NCBI GenBank assembly: GCA_964016885.1
Contig: OZ024740.1
Location: 302,064,001 to 302,128,000, forward strand
Direction: 5' to 3'
From: Eledone cirrhosa
Taxonomy: Eukaryota
DNA: 64,000 nt
Made by a program: the position numbers and the translations under genes
The notes under the pieces: model-generated
Databases searched by the model: none
Told to the model about the DNA's origin: nothing
Seen by the model: only the letters and a program-made list of their open reading frames with translations
Shown here: in pieces, positions 39,101 through 52,309 of the stretch
How positions within the stretch are numbered: the stretch's first letter is position 1
How the letters are laid out: each line of letters opens with the position of its first letter

Positions 39101-39978
39101 GGGATGTCCAAGGAGGAAATAACATCAAGGAGGAAGAGCAGCCTTAAGGGAAAATCCCTTCATAGTACCTTCTTTGAGAAAACTGAATTTAGAGATCCAC
39201 AGACATGGAACTGGTTGAGAAGAGGAGACCTCAAAAAGGCTACAGAAGGAATGCTAATGGCTGCGCAGGAGCAGGCCCTCAAAACGAAGTGGTTGAAGCA
39301 CCATATCTACAAGGAGGAGGCTAGCCCACTGTGCAGGATCTGTGGAGAGAGAGAGGAGACTGTGGCTCACATTGTGTCCGAGTGTAAACACCTAGCCCAG
39401 ACCCACTATAAGGGCTGGAGACACGATGTGATGGGCAGGGTGATCCACTGGCACCTGTGCAAAGTAAACAATTTACCACATTCTGAGAAATGGTATGAGC
39501 ATAGGCCAGAGGCGGTGATGGAGAACAATCAGGTGAAGGTGCTGTGGGATTTTAGGATACAGACGGACAAAAAACTGGAACACAATAGACCTGACCTGGT
39601 GGTTGTGGACAAAGAAAAAAGATCGTGTCTGATTGTGGATGTGGCCTGCCCGTTCGACACGAGAGTGCAAGAGAAGGAGAGGGAGAAAATTAACCGATAC
39701 CAGGACCTAAAGTGGGAGGTGAAAAGGATCTGGAACTGCCATGAAGTCAAAGTGATCCCGATTGTCATAGGCGCACTGGGGACTATCTCCAAAAGTTTCC
39801 AGGGATGGTTAAAGAAAATCGGCCCCTTCACGCTTTTTGGAACGCTTCAAAAGGCATGCTTGCTTGGAACAGCAAGAACCCTCCGATACGTCCTGAATAT
39901 CTGAGGCTGCAGGTAGTGGCTTGATATTCAATCCAACGGACTTTCCAGTTAACCAACATCAATGACTGAGATTCAAGG
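36171..39978 (+). mobile_element. Full-length R4/Dong-like RLE non-LTR retrotransposon in (TAA)n
   Basis: Single long ORF, short 3'UTR, (TAA)n on both sides. Dong is known to target TAA repeats. Confidence 0.93.
36512..39904 (+). CDS. Reverse transcriptase + CCHC + restriction-like endonuclease polyprotein (1130 aa)
   Basis: Uninterrupted ORF: KSPGPDG, NYRPIT, EQKG, IDYRKAFD, QGDSLSP, FMDD, YKYLG, CRICGEREETVAHIVSEC, RHD, RPD..VD, K..RY. Confidence 0.95.
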   Translation: MESRTSCDRLSPNRCPLAQQQEPDCQPNTADVGGRRRREGARTNWTKELNRTVMQCYLKSNPKERGYRRRMHNIWNEIGLFKLDEQKLAGQARVIRTNGWISELELEELSRENGLEMAGVVCQTSEPVGNEGEEVLRTEEPSEADNDLNTEINNTWNRDTATEEMNADGLGQDSVDILNLVVDELNNDSGRPMNLRFVDRKKLKETTAKVNKVIPYLEARSLHQCNNILKATANTVRKLLGIKARGNNRQERAEPWWKKRLSGQIGEMRNDIGKLESLLNGTLKNIGTKNRLEIKYKTRSKKLNIIIEELKQRIVAKSAKIRRYENRVSQYKQNRMFDNNQKMLFGQLEGKERGNDLIPGAEQTKTFWRGIWEQDVRHNAQAGWIETVQREIGEQAQQQTELSITVETLKGQAKKLTNWKSPGPDGVQGYWIKHLTSLHPKLTAMFNDCLVSGEVPEWLTKGTTVLIMKDRIKGNDVTNYRPITCLSVMWKLLTSIVSEEIYHHLHTNNLLPDEQKGCRKKSRGTKDQLLIDKMVMGNCRRRHTDLAMGWIDYRKAFDMVPHSWITKSLEIFKVADNIRQLLGRSMGSWETELTSTGVSLGSVKIKRGIFQGDSLSPLLFVLALMPLTIMLRKVRAGYKLGRGELTINHLLFMDDLKLFGKSEKELDVLVDTVRIFSSDICMQFGIGKCGVIVMKRGRLSRSNGIQIPTGEMIKEIDSEEGYKYLGVLEADGIKNKKMKELLRTEYIRRVRSVLKSHLYSRNAISAVNSRAVSIIRYSAGILKWNVAEQKEMDRKTRKLLTIYNMFHKRSDVDRLYLRRSEGGRGLISIEDCVQMEKNNLYKYVTYSKEPMLRTVLKEGTVGQGMSKEEITSRRKSSLKGKSLHSTFFEKTEFRDPQTWNWLRRGDLKKATEGMLMAAQEQALKTKWLKHHIYKEEASPLCRICGEREETVAHIVSECKHLAQTHYKGWRHDVMGRVIHWHLCKVNNLPHSEKWYEHRPEAVMENNQVKVLWDFRIQTDKKLEHNRPDLVVVDKEKRSCLIVDVACPFDTRVQEKEREKINRYQDLKWEVKRIWNCHEVKVIPIVIGALGTISKSFQGWLKKIGPFTLFGTLQKACLLGTARTLRYVLNI

Positions 39979-40150
<172 letters not shown>

Positions 40151-40744
40151 AAACGCACATGGTGGATATATATCGTTATGGAATCGCTCCCGTAAGTTTT
40201 TTATTTTTACTTACTTAAAACAACTGTGATAGAATAATTCTTATTACAAATGAAGTATAAGATTACAGTTTTTAACGCTCAGCAAGCCACAACGCATCAC
40301 TTTACGGCATAGGGCCCCAATATTTAATATTTAATTTTGGATCAGAAATGTTATAGTCGAAAATGAGGAAAAAGGCAAAATGGCTAAGTGGTCAGACAGG
40401 CAAATAATTTCACCACCAACACCACCAGCGCCACCATCACCACTATCACGCCAAAAATTCTAGTTAAGTTGCCTCAACTTCTATTTCTACTTCAACTTCA
40501 ACACCATCACTACAGTACTATGATCACATTACCACCACCACTGCCTCATTATCGCTAACGCCGCTATTCTCTCCCACTACCTCCTGCTAAGTACTAATAG
40601 CACAGCACCACCACCACCACAGCCTCATTATTGCTACCGCAGCTATTCTCTCACACTACCTCCTGCTAAGACATGCATCGTAGTGTCCCCACGAAAAGAG
40701 GAAGGCATCAAAAGATATAAATAGACTGATTTGATGACCCGGTC

Positions 40745-43700
40745 AAAAAATCAAAACACCAAAAATCAAAATCAAAACAGCACAGTAACAACGAAAAACG
40801 TAAAGAAAAGAAAAATGAAAAGAAAAACAAACAGACAGACAGAGAAGGAAAAACATAAAAACTAAGTCAGACATTCAAACATTACATTACAATGAAACTT
40901 ATGCTTATTCTTTTTTTTTTTTTTTTTACCTATTTGTTTGTTTGTTTATTTATGTTCGTCTAGAGCGTGATAGTGCCACACTAAAATCACCGGGGGTGAT
41001 GAAGTCACCGGTGGTTATGTAACCATACATTCACCAATCCTCGATAAGAGTGTTTAAATGTCGAACCTAAACAGTTCGAATAACGGTGAAGTGGAGACTG
41101 GAATGTCATGTGACAAACTATCACCCAGCAGATGCTCTCTAGCTCAGCAGCAGGGACCTGGCTGTCAACCAAATACTGCTGGTGTCGGAGGAAGAAGAAG
41201 AAGGAAAGGGACCAGAACCAACTGGACGAAAGAATTGAATAGAACTTTTATGCAATGTTACCTGAAGAGTAGCCTCAAGGAAAAAGGCTATAGGAAACGG
41301 ATGCATAACATCTGGAAAGAGTTTGGTCTATTAAAATTAGATGAACAAAAATTGGCCGGGCAGGCTCGGGTAATAAGAACTAATGGGTGGATAAGCGAGC
41401 CGGAACTGGAGGAACTGAGCAGAGAGATTAGGTTGGAAATGGAGAGTTGAGTATGCCAGACAAACGAGCCAGTGGGAAATGAAGGTGAAGAGGTTGAGAG
41501 AACGGAGGAACCATCCGAAGCAGACAATGATCTGAATGCTGGCTGAAATAAATAATACCTGGAACAAAGATACGGCCATTGAGGAGATGAATGCTGAAGG
41601 GCTATGACAAGATTTGGTTGATATCCTAAACTTAGTGGTAGATGAATTGAACAATGATAGTGGGAAACCTATGAACCTAAGATTTGTAGACAGGAAAAAG
41701 TTAAAAGAAACAACAACTAAGGTATACAAAGTCAACCCATACCTTGAGGCGGGGAGCCTTCACCAGTGCAACAATATCCTCAAAGCAACAGCAAATGCGG
41801 TGAGGAAATTACTTGGCATAAAAGCGAGAGGAAACAACAAACAAGAAAGATCAGAACCTTGGTGGAAGAAACGAATGAATGGTCAAATCAGGGAAATGAG
41901 AAATGACATTGGAAAGCTTTAGTCCCTACTGAATGGGACACTAAAAAACATAGACACTAAAAATAGACTGGAAATAAAGTACAAAACTAGGAGGAAAAAT
42001 CTAAATATTATCATAGAGGAACTGAAGCAACGCATTGTAGAAAAGAGTGCAAACATTAGGCGATACGAGAGCAGAGTCAGTCAGTATAGACAGAACCGCA
42101 TGTTTGACAACAACCAGAAGATGCTGTTTGGACTTGATCCCTAAAACATTCTGGAGAGGAATATGGGAGCAATGACCAGGCAGTGTGGATTGAGACAGTA
42201 CCAAATGAGATTAGTGAACAGACACACCAACAAACTGATTTGAGTATCACAGTTGAAATTCTTAAGGGGCAGGGCAAAAAACTAACCAACTGGAAACCAC
42301 CAGGCCCAGATGGAGTGCAGGGGTATTGGATTAAAATATAACATCCCTCCACCCGAAACTGATAACCATGTTCAATGACTGCTTGATGACATGTGAGGTA
42401 CCAGAGTGGTTGACAAAAGGTACCACAGTTCTGGTAATGAAAGACCGAATCAAGGGTAATGATGTTACCAACTATAGACCTATCACATGTCTGTCCGTAA
42501 TGAGGAAATTGTTGACAAGCATTATGTCTGAGGAAATCTACCATCACCTCCACACAAACAACTTTTTACCGGACGAACAGAAAGGATGCCGAAAGAAGTC
42601 CCGTGGTACAAAGGACCAGTTACTTATTGATAAGATGGTAATGAGGAATTGCAAGAGGAGACACACTGGTCTTGCCATGTGATGGATAGACTACAGAAAG
42701 GCATTTGACATGGTGCCTCATTCTTGGATCACCAAAAGCCTAGGGATCTTCAAGGTGGCAGATAACATCAGACAGTTGTTGGGCAAAAGTATGGAGTTCT
42801 GGAAAACAGAGTTAACATCAACTGGAGAATCCTTGGGAGGCGTGAAGATCAAGAGAGGTATCTTCCAGGAAGTTAGTGTGTCCCCTCTGTTGTTTGTCCT
42901 TGACCTGATGCCCCTGACCATTATACTGCGAAAAGTGAGAGCAGGATACAAGTTGGGAAAGTGAGAGCTTACCATCAATCACCTCCCCTTCATGGACGAT
43001 CTTAAGCTCTTCGGGAAGAGTGAGAAACAGTTGGATGTGCTTGTTGACACTGTCCGTATTTTCAGCAATGATATATATTTATGCAATTTGGTATTAGTAA
43101 GTGTGGTGTCCTTTTGATGAAGAGGGGTAAATTGAGCAGAAGCAACGGAATCCAGGTACCAACAGGTGAGATGATAAAGGAAATTGACTCTGAAGAAGGA
43201 TAGAAGTATTTGGGTGTTCTGGAGGTTGATGACATCAAGAACCAAAAAATGAAGGAATTGATAAGATCTGAATACATTCGGAGAATAAGGAGCGTATTAA
43301 AGTCACATCTAAACAGTAGGAATGCCATAAGTGCAGTAAATTCCCGAGGTGTGTCTATTATTAGGTACAGTGCGGGAATTCTGAGATGGAATGTTGCTGA
43401 ACAAGAAGAAATGGATAGGAAGACTAGGAAGCTATTGACTATCTACAACGTGTTCCACGAGAGGAGTGATGTCGATAGACTCTACTTAAGGAGATCTGAA
43501 GGTGGAAGAGCTCTTATCAGCATAGAGGACAGTGTTCAGATGGTGAAAAAAAACCTACACAAACACGCGACTGATAGTAAGGAGCCAATGCTCAGAATTT
43601 TACTGAAGGAGAGGACAATAGACCAAGGGATGTCCAAGGAGGAAATAACAACAAGGAGAAAGAGCAGCCTTCAGGGAAAATCCCTTCATAGTACCTTCTT

Positions 43701-44508
43701 TGAGAAAACTGAATTCAGAGATCCACAGACATGGAACTGGTTGAAAAGAGGAGACCTTAAAAAGGCTACAGAAGGAATGCTAATGGCTGCGCAAGAGCAA
43801 GTCCTGAAAACGAAGTGGTTGAAACACCATATTTACAAGGAGGAGGCTAGCCCACTGTGCAGGATCTGTGGTGAGAGAGAGGGGTGACTGTGGCTCACAT
43901 TGTATCCGAGTGTAAACACCTAGCCCAGACTCACTATAAGGGCTGGAGACATGATGTGATGGGCAGGGTGATCCACTGGCACCTATGCAAAGTAAACAAT
44001 TTACCACATTCTGAGAAGTGTTTTAAGCATAAGCCAGAGTCGGTGATAGAAAACGATCAGGTGAAGGTGCTGTGGGATTTTAGGATACAGACGGACAAGA
44101 AACTGGAACACAATAGACCTGATTTGGTGGTTTCGGACAAGGAAGAAAGATCGTGCCTTATTGTGGATGTGGCCTGCCCATTCGACACGAGAGTGCAAGA
44201 GAAGGAGAGGGAGAAAATTAACCGTTACCAGGACTTAAAGTGGGAGGTAAAAAGGATTTGGAACTGCCATGAAGTCAAAGTGGTCCCGATTGTCATAGGC
44301 GCTCTAGGTACTATCTCAAACATTTTCCAGGAATAGTTAAAGAAAATTGGCCCCTTCACGCTTTTTGGAACGCTTCAAAAGGCATGCTTGCTGGGAACAG
44401 CAAGAACCCTCCGATACGTCCTGAATATCTGAGGCTGCAGGTAGTGGCTTGATATTCATTTCAACAAACTTTCCAGTTAACTAACATCAATGACTGAGAC
44501 TCAAAGAG
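40745..44508 (+). pseudogene. Decayed full-length sister copy of the R4/Dong-like element
   Basis: Colinear with 36171-39978, with many stops and frameshifts (ORF pieces 41058-44336). Ends in (TAA)n. Confidence 0.93.
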
Positions 44509-44533
44509 TAATAACAATAATAATAATAATAAT

Positions 44534-44701
44534 AATTGTTTGTACTTTAGGCACAAGGCCATCAAATACCCAGTGCATTACTGGTACTTTTAATAATAAT
44601 AAGAAGAATAATTGTTTCTACTTTAGGCACAAGGCCAGCAAGTCACAAGTACATTACTGGCACTTTTTTGTCGACCCCGTAAGGATGAAAGGCAAAGTTA
44701 A
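44534..44701 (-). mobile_element. Two 5'-truncated SINE copies between short (AAT)n runs
   Basis: 44534-44590 and 44610-44701 match the 3' half of the SINE. Confidence 0.8.
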
Positions 44702-45080
44702 TAGTAATAATAATACAAGGACGATATATACATATATACATTGATAGAATATTTCCGAAAGCGAACGAAACCCTAAAGGGTAGAAACGTAATCCTGGTAT
44801 GTGTATATGCATCCTTTCTTCTAACTTTAATTTTATACATAATTGTGTATGCCTGACGATATATTTAATCGAGTTCCAAGTGCTATTGAAATGGTGGGTA
44901 AATATTCTATGGCTGTTGATCGCGAATAGATGGCTGTCGTTTATTTATCTATTATTTCTTCATAGGTGCCTTTTAATCTTATAGCCTGATTTAATTGTTT
45001 TTTCTGTGGTTGATTATGCTAATTGGGAGAGGAAAAAGGAGTATATATCTTATCAAATAATTCTATGGACATAATTTATA

Positions 45081-45110
<30 letters not shown>

Positions 45111-45115
<5 letters not shown>

Positions 45116-45317
45116 AGAGAGTATGACCCCGACGGCAGAGCTCAAGCCGTTTCGACGGCTATTTCTTCAACGGATATTTCAGTCCAGAAATAGCCGTCGA
45201 AACGCCTTGAGCTCTGCCCTCGGGGTCATACTCTCTCCTATTACCCACTCTACTACCCTAAGTATTGAGGACTCTGGTGCTTTATGTTCCATCTGGTTCC
45301 TTACCCCAACTCCCCCG

Positions 45318-45319
<2 letters not shown>
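45111..45319. mobile_element. Fold-back pLTR fragment between (TA)n tracts
   Basis: Arms 45111-45166 and 45186-45241 (56 bp, 2 mismatches). The right copy extends to 45319. Confidence 0.85.
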
Positions 45320-45388
<69 letters not shown>

Positions 45389-45552
45389 ATTAATATATGA
45401 TAAACATTTACCTGTTTTAGTTGCAATTGACTAATAAAATAGTTAGAATGAAATATCTTAATTCAAATACATAATTAATACTGCTCAGAAGCGATTCTTA
45501 GAGCTGAAATAATTGTAAATGACCCTATTGAGTGTAAACTCTAAGTTATATT

Positions 45553-45779
<227 letters not shown>

Positions 45780-45857
45780 TAAAGGCATTGTAGTAGGAAA
45801 AACAAACGACCAGGCATGAAATAGAAGTTAGACAAATCGACTGCTTACCATGACACT

Positions 45858-47130
45858 ATGGAGAAACATAACCTAGGCATTTCTCTTAAAAGCATACCAT
45901 TCCCCCTACAATAAGTAATACATTAAGGACCTAATTCAAAAAGCAAATGATTTCATCCGCCGGGTTAGATGGAGGGTTTTACACGTTGAAAACCGGAGGA
46001 ACAACCCCAATGGCAATCCAGACTCTCATGATTTTAATAACTCTGTGTCCAATTCCTAAAAAGACCACCGCACAACCAGGATTTGGAGGTCTTTGAGAAC
46101 AACTTCATGGATTTAATCTGCAATTTTAGATTTAAGAAAGACAGTTACCGTAATATTTTCCAGCAAAATATCAATCGACAAAAAAATCGAAAGGCATACT
46201 CGTCCAGGCAGATAAAACCGGCAATATATATTCCTTAGACATTGCCACTTATAAGAATGTTATACTTAAATAACTACATAGGAAATACCGTAAAACAAAT
46301 ATATCTACTATAAAGGATATCAATAGAGAAGGATAGGATTAGCAATAGTTAATAAACTATGTTTAGCTGACCGAAGGGAACCGTTTGAACCTCGACAACC
46401 GACTTTCAGTTTGAAAGACCATAAAAACAATTTTGATTAATTTTCCCCGCCAATTCTGACATAGGGCGCATTAGTAATTGCATTTTGGATAGAGTAATTT
46501 TATAAATGAGAAATAGGTTATCTATCAAACTTTGGGACAACACTAGCGAAGTAACAGACTAGTTCACTAAATTAGAGGACAGGACATCATCAAAATTTAT
46601 CCCATTCGATATTAATGAATACTAATCATCTATATTACCTATCCTTCTTAATAAGGCCCGTATATTTTCTGTGCATAACACAGACATGACCAGGGACGAA
46701 GTAGACATAGTTTTAGCCGCCAAACGCTCTGTAATATTGTACTGGACACGCAGAGTTAGACGTAATGATTTCAAGATAACTATGGGCTCTAACGACTCAT
46801 CCCAGCTTATGGACCTTGTCGGAATCTATATCATGCACAATCTGAACCTGGAAATAGTTGACCTCCGGGGGATTATATAGAGACGATGCACTTCTAATTG
46901 TAAAAAAATCCAACGGCCAACAACTTGAAAAGAGAAGGAAAGCTTTAAACGACAGAGCCTTAAAATCACTCTCGACCATAATTTTAGATTAGCAAACTTT
47001 CTAGTTGTGACTTTAGACCTTAATTCTGACTTTTATGAACCTTCTCATAGGGTTAATGATAACCTAAACTATATTAACAGATACTCGAACCAACCTAAAT
47101 CTATCATTAACTCCATAATTGCAAATAATC
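45858..47130 (+). pseudogene. Decayed Naiad-like Penelope element, N-terminus + RT
   Basis: MEKHNLGISLKSIP..LIQKANDFIRRVRWR, ADKTGNIY, LKDHKNNF, ITMGSNDSSQLMDLVG, LYRDD, NFL.VTLDL, YINRYSNQP. Confidence 0.85.
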
Positions 47131-47181
47131 GAATATTATTATTGATATTCGAAAAACTCAGATTACATATACATATATATA

Positions 47182-47698
47182 TCTATATACATTACTGGCA
47201 ACTTCTGTGTGTTTGTGGGTTTGTTTGTTTGTGAACCTAAAACTAAAATAACTACCAAACTGATCTTGATGAAACTTGACACGTGTGTGGGGCTCATGCA
47301 AATTTGATTTATTACGTATATTTCATTTTAATCAAAGGGTTCCACGAGAGCACAAAACCTCCGCGGAAGACCCCCACTGAAAATGTTTTCCCTTCAATTT
47401 ACATGAAATTTAAACGATACGTAAATGACAAGATATTATGCCTATGCACAAAGGTTTTGAATTGCTATTTTGAAAAATATTAGTTACAATAAACAAAATA
47501 AGAATAAGATGTAATTTTGATTTGAGATATTACAAAAAAATAATGTTTTCCAATTTTTCATGCATTACATTTTACATTGTGTAATATTGAAATGCAGAGT
47601 TTTTCTCCATAAATTATATCACTGATTTAAAATCAATCAACATTTTCTTACCAAAAAAAAATGTGTGAAACGCAGCAAGGTGTGGATAATTCGGCTAG
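47182..47698 (+). mobile_element. Non-autonomous Helitron-like element
   Basis: a|TCTATATAC start, GTTT-rich 5' part, GATCTTGATGAAACTTG motif, imperfect GC-rich subterminal hairpin (47671-47685), CTAG|t end, no TSD. Confidence 0.6.
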
Positions 47699-48961
47699 TA
47701 CATATATATTATCATCCCTGGTATTTCTGTACTTTCGCATTTTCATTACAAAGTTGTCATTGAGTAGGCTTCCAGGTTCTCTAAATTTCGAAATTTAATC
47801 GTAATTGTTCGATTTCTATACTGAATTTGTATAAAGCTCTTTTCCATCAAGTTTTCGTTGTTGCTTGGGTTCTGTAGAGATAGGCATTATTTGTACATTT
47901 TAAGGAGAATAATCAATATTGCTTTGAGTCACTTTCATATATCCGTTTTGTATATATATATATATATGATGTAAGGACAGTATTAAATAAAAGGGCTATG
48001 AATGTCGCCTACATATGACTTTTCAGGCAATGGGATGAAACATTGTTTGACCTGTATATGATGAGTCGTAATGCATGAATGAAGATAATTGATTAGATAT
48101 TTCATTAGATAATTGATTAGATGTTTGAATTATCCATTGTGCGTTTTATCCGCAGCTTTATTCGTATGATTAATTTGTCTTTGTGTGTGGTGATTATGAT
48201 CTCCCGTGTCCATTTTCCCTGAATGCGAGTATGTCTTTTTGCGTGTTTTGTGACATGCGTGTTTGTGTATCTGAGGAAACGGTGTTTTATCTGTTTGTAG
48301 TTAGATTTATTAAAAAGGAAAGAAATATCGGAATTGTTTCCTTTTTTGTGTTCCGAAAACTACATGCTACAGATCGAATATAACTGATATTCATGTTTGT
48401 GTACCGCAGAATTTTGCAAAGAGAATGTGTCTTAGAATTACTACTATACCCGGTCGAAAAATATTATCAGAAAAAGGTAAGAATTAAAGCAGAAAAAAAT
48501 ATCGTGTTCTATTGGAGACTAATGCTTTCGCTATTGGAACACTATTGTAAAGTTTCTATAGAAACACGTTTACATGAGAACATGGACATATAAATTCTGT
48601 GACAAAATGACGGTTTCGTGTTTCAGGTTTGATAGTGTTCTCAGGCTACAATTACTAAAATATGATTCGATTGTGTGTTTGCTGGTGGTAGAATCGAAAA
48701 TTCCCCATTCAATTATGTGACGTATAATTATTTTTCAAAGTTAAAAACAACAACAATGGTTGCATGCTGCAGGTTTGTGTTCCATTCTCTTCTCAGTGTT
48801 CAGAATGGGCAATGATGTTATTTATAATACAGCAGATGAGGAATGGCTCTATTCTCGTACAAAGATTCATCACAGCATATACAACTAGAAAATAGGTTTA
48901 CATCAGATTTTTTGAAGTGTCATATTATTGTGAAACTAGTACTTGTAATATAAAATGGAAT

Positions 48962-49061
<100 letters not shown>

Positions 49062-49087
49062 CTATATATATATATAGAGAGAGAGAT

Positions 49088-49738
49088 AGGTATATGATTT
49101 TGAATGCGATGAAATACCAATGATCGTTGGCAAATCACTGATGAGGGACTCATTTTATAACATGTAATCCATGTGCAACCATGCAGTATTCTTCTCCCCA
49201 TATTTTTCACATATATTTACCTAAACTGCGATTCTGTGTTTCTCTCTTTCTCTCTTATTACTCCCTCGTTCTCTCTGTTTCTCTTACTTTCTTTCGTCCC
49301 CTCTGTCATGTCAGTTAATACTTTCTCTCTACTGACCTCTTCCTCGCACTTCCACTCACTCACTCTCTGTTTCTCCCCATCTTACTTCCTCCCGTTCTCT
49401 ACGAAAACGATTTTCCTTCTTTCTTACATCGGATTCACTAGCGGAAGGTCTGTGTCTTACTCGCACATGAATTCACCCAGCTTATACTGACAGAATAACC
49501 ATGTTGCTTGTGTTTCTTTCTATCTTCGGTTAGCTTTCCCCTGTGTTGTTTACTTGTCTCACTCGCTTTACGCGTTTCAATTGTCCTAATAACTTATTTT
49601 AGTTATTATCGCACCAACGTGAGGTATATGATTTTTAATGCGATGAAATACCAATGATCGTTGGCAAATCACTGATGAGGGACTCATTTTATAACATGTA
49701 ATCCATGTGCAACCATGCAGTATTCTTCTCCCCATATT

Positions 49739-49744
<6 letters not shown>
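49088..49744. repeat. ~120-bp direct terminal repeats (49088-49209, 49622-49743) around a CT-rich spacer
   Basis: Near-identical copies with microsatellite flanks. Confidence 0.85.
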
Positions 49745-49778
<34 letters not shown>

Positions 49779-49881
49779 TAAAATAACAGATTAAAGTTTA
49801 AGCAAAGAATCGCTGCTTTCACCCTTAACGGGATCTTATTATTATTATTACTATTATTATTATTACTACATATATATATAT

Positions 49882-50679
49882 ATTGACCTGTTTTGCTTGA
49901 TTTATTTTTTGGCTTAGGTGGTTAATGCCTTCTTAACCACTTTTTCAGTTTGTATGGCGTTTTAACATATTGTTTAGCTCTGGTTTTTTAACTATTGAGC
50001 GCTTGCCAGCATTTCTACGATTTTGCGTTTCGTTTCGCTTTTTCTACAAGCCGAAATACGATACTCGCTGAATTATATTTGTATTAATCTCCCGAGTCTT
50101 TCAATTAACCTGTTAATAATTCTATTGACAGATTAATTGCATAAGTTTATTTTTAAAAACTACCCGGCTGAGTGCTTATTTGATTTATTGCTATCTATGC
50201 AATTGTTTGTATGAAATACACATACTGAATTCCTTTGCCAAAATATGGGGAATTTCCCCTTGTGACTTATGCATGTGCGTTTACTATGTTCGGCGTCACT
50301 CACAAAGTTGGTTACAGAGCAGGATTACCTATTGATAACGTGACATTCGTTGTTCGATCTTTATGCTGAAAGCTTATAGTTTTAAGCAGACAGTATTATT
50401 GATTTAGGTGTCATAAAAACCCTGCATTTGGATTTTACCACCAGTTCCATTTGGGTCCAGGTTTTTATCATTTATTTTGTTTGACATATTTAGCTTGATT
50501 TGTTTTTTGGCTTAGGTGGTTAATGCCTTCTTAACCACTTTTTCAGTTTGTATGGCGTTTTAACATATTGTTTAGCTCTGGTTTTTTAACTATTGAGCGC
50601 TTGCCAGCATTTCTACGATTTTGCGTTTCGTTTCGCTTTTTCTACCAGCCGAAATACGATTCTCGCTGAATTATATTTG

Positions 50680-50683
<4 letters not shown>
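49882..50683. repeat. ~200-bp direct terminal repeats (~49882-50083, ~50481-50683), (TA)n-flanked
   Basis: Near-identical copies separated by ~400 bp. Confidence 0.85.
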
Positions 50684-50720
<37 letters not shown>

Positions 50721-50724
50721 CCAG

Positions 50725-50802
<78 letters not shown>

Positions 50803-51019
50803 GTACAGGAAAAAGGAACACTAGGCGTGAAATATAAGAAGGAAGTGAAGAATTTTATCAAACGTTCATTCTTTAACACAAGTTTCAATACAATATAAGT
50901 CTACATAATGCTGGTTGTATATTAATATTACTATTATGCCCATTTCCTAGCAATACATTAAATATTGCATTTCATCAAAAAGATTTCAAAGTACGAGGTA
51001 AGTTTGTTGCATCGTGTTA

Positions 51020-51291
51020 TATACGTATAAGTGTATTTGCGTATATACATGTGCGCCTACATGTATTTGTGTATGTATACATATGTGTGTGTATATATGT
51101 GTGTGTACATATGTGTATGTATACATATATATATATGTGTGTGTGTACATGTGTATGTATAAGTGCGGATGTGTATGTGTATATATATATATAGCGAAAC
51201 GAGCGTCACCAACCAATAAATGTAATGAAGGAGTAACCAATCGTCCTTGTTATATTTTCACTATATATATATGTATATATATATATGTATG

Positions 51292-51370
<79 letters not shown>

Positions 51371-51393
51371 ATTATTATTATATATATATTATA

Positions 51394-51452
<59 letters not shown>

Positions 51453-51480
51453 ATATATATATGTATAATATATATATATT

Positions 51481-51511
<31 letters not shown>

Positions 51512-51558
51512 TATATATAATATATATATATATATAATATATATATATATAATAATAT

Positions 51559-51613
<55 letters not shown>
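51020..51613. repeat. TA-rich compound microsatellite with a short pLTR piece (51194-51265)
   Basis: 51194-51265 matches 53069-53130. Confidence 0.85.
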
Positions 51614-51616
<3 letters not shown>

Positions 51617-52309
51617 AACAAGTATGAACCCGACGGCAGAGCTCAGGCCGTATCGACGGCTAATTCTGGACTAAATAAGAATTTTTAGCCTGGTAAATAA
51701 ATAGCCGAACTTCTCAGGGGGTAATTCCTTATATGGGAAGATAGTAATTGTCAAAAGGATTGGTCTAAAAATTTGTTGTAAAGACAGATGATTCTAACAT
51801 GTTATTTGGTGGGAGGTAGGGGTAGCTGAACTTGCTGGTAGAACAAGGAGGGGGTGAGGGAAACCCAGTCAAGCGTTGAAAGTGAAATCTATACAGCAGA
51901 TTCTAAGGATAGTGTATAGAAGGTGGAAAAAAGTGTACTGGAGAAGGGGGGGGGGGAGAAGTTGAAAGAATAGGTAAATCGAAAGGGAGTAAACAACGAA
52001 ACCATTATATAAATAAGGAAATAAATATATCAAAAACAATTTCTGGTTACTACTCCCCTTCCACAATCACCAAATCTCTCATTGGTTTTGCTAAGCTATA
52101 GAACAATTTAATAGGTGGAGAAAAATACTAAATACGAGATTGTAGTGAAAGAAAATTATAAAGCTAGCTTTACGGGGGGTCTAACACAACTGCTATAGTT
52201 AGTTAGTAATCAGCCAATGCTATCTTACAATGACAGATGGGCTGTATCGGGGTAGGCGAAAAGGTGAAAAAAAGACAAGGAAGGAGATCTGGGGTGGAAG
52301 GGGAGGACG

